From the NCBI GenBank assembly GCA_951406725.2, contig OX597824.1:95542001-95606000 (forward strand): a stretch of DNA of 64,000 nt, read 5' to 3'. Position numbers and translations under genes: made by a program. A model generated the notes under the pieces. The model ran no database searches, was not told the origin of the DNA, and saw only the letters and a list, made by a program, of their open reading frames with translations. How positions within the stretch are numbered: the stretch's first letter is position 1; each line of letters begins with the position of its first letter. Origin of the DNA: Octopus vulgaris (taxonomy: Eukaryota). Of this stretch, positions 61,446-64,000 are shown piece by piece.

Positions 61446-63979
61446 CTGAATAAAAATGGAAAAGAGAAAACAAATTAAAAACATTATAATTAAACAAAGA
61501 CATTAGCATTATTCATTTCAAGCATAGACACAAACAAAACCAAACATTTATGGTAGATGTCTTTCTCTAAAGACCTTTAGCACTCTATGGAACATTGGCA
61601 CTATCAACAACTCTTCTCCACTGATCTTGACTCTAGGTTGATTCTTTTCTACTTCTCTCCAGTCAGACCTCTGGTTTTTCCTTCACAGCTTTCTTTTAGA
61701 TTTTGCTACACCAGGGTCATGTTTCCCTGTGAGAAGGCCTCTCCCAGGCCTTGCTGGTTTTGAATAACATTAGAATAGGTTGATTATAGTACTATAATAT
61801 ATCTCTATAATATATCTGTTAACTAACAAGGGAGCCTCTAAGTAGTTACTCAACCTGCAAGAAATAACAACCGAATCTCCTACTTACACTTGAACATTGC
61901 AAACAAGGATAAACTTGATGTTGGACAGGGTAATCCTATACATGTCCTGGGTATCACTCTAAACTGTAACCTAGTGAGGCCCTGGTTTGAGTGTCTCATG
62001 GTTGTAAGGAGCATAGATTCACCTCTTAGCCACTGCTGTTCCCAGGTTTACTCTGGCCTGCAGTAGTAGCACCAGCTATGGGTTAATTAGCATGTTGGGG
62101 AACTGCTCTTGGAAGAAGGTCATTCATTGGCACCGTCGTAACAGACCCAGGTCGGATGAAGCTGAAGATAACTCCATACTAAGAGAAGATAACTCCGTAC
62201 AACTCCTGCATCCTGATAATTATTGGACTTGTGGCACTTGTTGCATCTGACCAAAACAAATTTGGAGGATGAGATGGTGGGACAAATCATGCGTACTATA
62301 AGAATATTCCTTGTGCAGGGAGTTGAGCAAACCAGGACACCAGCATCAACACCATTAAAATGTTTTCATAAGTCCAGTGACAACAGGAAAAGAGATGACA
62401 GGGACAAGCAGACGATGCTACTGGAAGACTTTGTTTTTAATCCTGCAAATCAGTGGCCGTAGGGTGAAAAGAAGAAACTTCAGCCGTGTCTTGCTGAGCC
62501 TTTATTCATCGAAGGAATGAGAGAATCCACCATACCACCACCACCACATAAATTTGAAAAAGGACAGAGCAGAACACAAAAAACTGCATCTTACATGCCA
62601 TCAAATGTGATGTGTGTATCATCATCATCGTTTAATGTCTGCCTTCCATGCTGGCATGGGTGGGACGGTTTGACAAGAGCCGGCCAGTCAGAAGCATGCA
62701 CCAGGCTTCTGTAACTGTTTTTGTAGGATTTTTACAGCTGGATGCCTTTCCGAACACCAGCCACTCTGCAAAAGTGGACTTAGTGCTTTATACGTGGCAC
62801 AAGCAAGGTCATTTTTGGCAAGGGTTTTACAGCTGGATGCCCTTCCAAAAGCCAACCACTTTACAGTGTGGACTGGGTGCTTTGAAGTGGGACCTGCACT
62901 GACAGGGTCACCAAGTACTTGCAAGAATACAAATTGTGGAACAAGGCCAGCAAGTTCGGAGTAGGGGTAAATCGATTACATCAACCTCAGTACACAGCTG
63001 GTACTTATTTTATTAACCCTGGAGGATAAAAGATTATGTGGACCACAGTGGAATTTGAGCTTAGAATGTAAAGATATGAAATGCCACTAAACATTTTGTC
63101 CAGCGTGCTACTGATTCTGCCAGCGCCTCACCTTATGATGGGTATATTTTTATTTATTTTTATTTTTATCTAGTTTCAGCTCACAAGCCGTGGCCATGCT
63201 GGGGCACTGCCATATATTCAGTTTTGTTTAAAACAATATTATGATGTACTTGATCATCATCATCATCATTTAACATCCATTCTCCATGCTGGCACAGGTT
63301 GGATGATTTAACTGGAGCTGATAAGCCGGAGAGCTGCACCAGGTTCCAGTCTGATTTGGTGTGGTTTCTACGACTGGATACCCTTTTTAACATCAACCAC
63401 TCCAGGAGTGTAATGGGTGCTTTTATGTGCCACCAGTACAGGTGCCATTTACAGGACACCAACCATGACTATGACACATGGGTGCCATTCACATGGCACC
63501 AGCAACAACTTATAAATAGTATCAAGAGAAACAAATTTGACATTAATGAATGCAATATAATGAACATATAAGGTGGTGAGCTGGCAGAAACGTTAGCACA
63601 CCGGGTGAAATGCCTAGCCGTATTTTGTTTGCCGCTACGTTCTGAGTTCAAATTCCACCAAGGTCGACTTTGCCTTTCATCCTTTCGGGGGCGATAAATT
63701 AAGTACCAGTTACGTACTGGGGTCGATGTAATCAACTCAATCCGTTTGTCCTCTGTAGGTAGTAAAGAAACAGGTATTTCGTCTGTCTTTATGTTCTGAG
63801 TTAAAATTCCGCCGAGGTCGACTTTGCCTTTCATCCCTTCGGGGTCAATAAATTAAATACCAGTTGCATATTGGGGTTGATCTAATTGACTGGACCCCTC
63901 TCCAAAAATTATGGGCCCTGAGCCTAAAGTAGAAAAGAATATAAAGCAAAAAACAGTAGATTAACAAAAATAAACTTAC

Positions 63980-64000
63980 ATTTCTTTAAGAAATATTGTT
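63980..64000 (-). CDS. RRP36: RRP36 penultimate exon (partial, runs off window)
   Basis: QYFLKK + T|GTAAGT; T+CT = Ser reconstitutes the conserved YFLKKS motif. Confidence 0.85.

Overview
AT-rich, repeat-dense eukaryotic DNA. The SINE families, (TATG)n/(AAT)n/(TA)n tracts and RTE LINEs point to a coleoid cephalopod, most likely Octopus. Almost all listed ORFs are microsatellite or repeat artefacts. Manual splicing gives three minus-strand, head-to-tail genes: a complete 4-exon neudesin (NENF, 154 aa, 8233-29462, ending QDEL); a complete 4-exon CCDC167 (91 aa, 34932-55000, with a GC-AG first intron; its exon 1, 3 and 4 frames are absent from the ORF track); and the last two exons of RRP36 (61300-64000). 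The standout structure is a young 2.9-kb non-coding foldback transposon (55638-58539) between RRP36 and the CCDC167 start. It has ~1.3-kb near-identical inverted arms and a perfect 9-bp TSD. The same RTE retroelement fragment is mirrored in both arms, the ends carry CpG/NRF1 motifs, and the spacer has paired E2F sites. A second, older foldback element and a ~60-bp-stem hairpin lie next to it. There is also a canonical-core minimal hammerhead ribozyme in CCDC167 intron 3 and several variant hammerhead-like motifs in Penelope-like repeats. All calls were made by eye; no searches were run.
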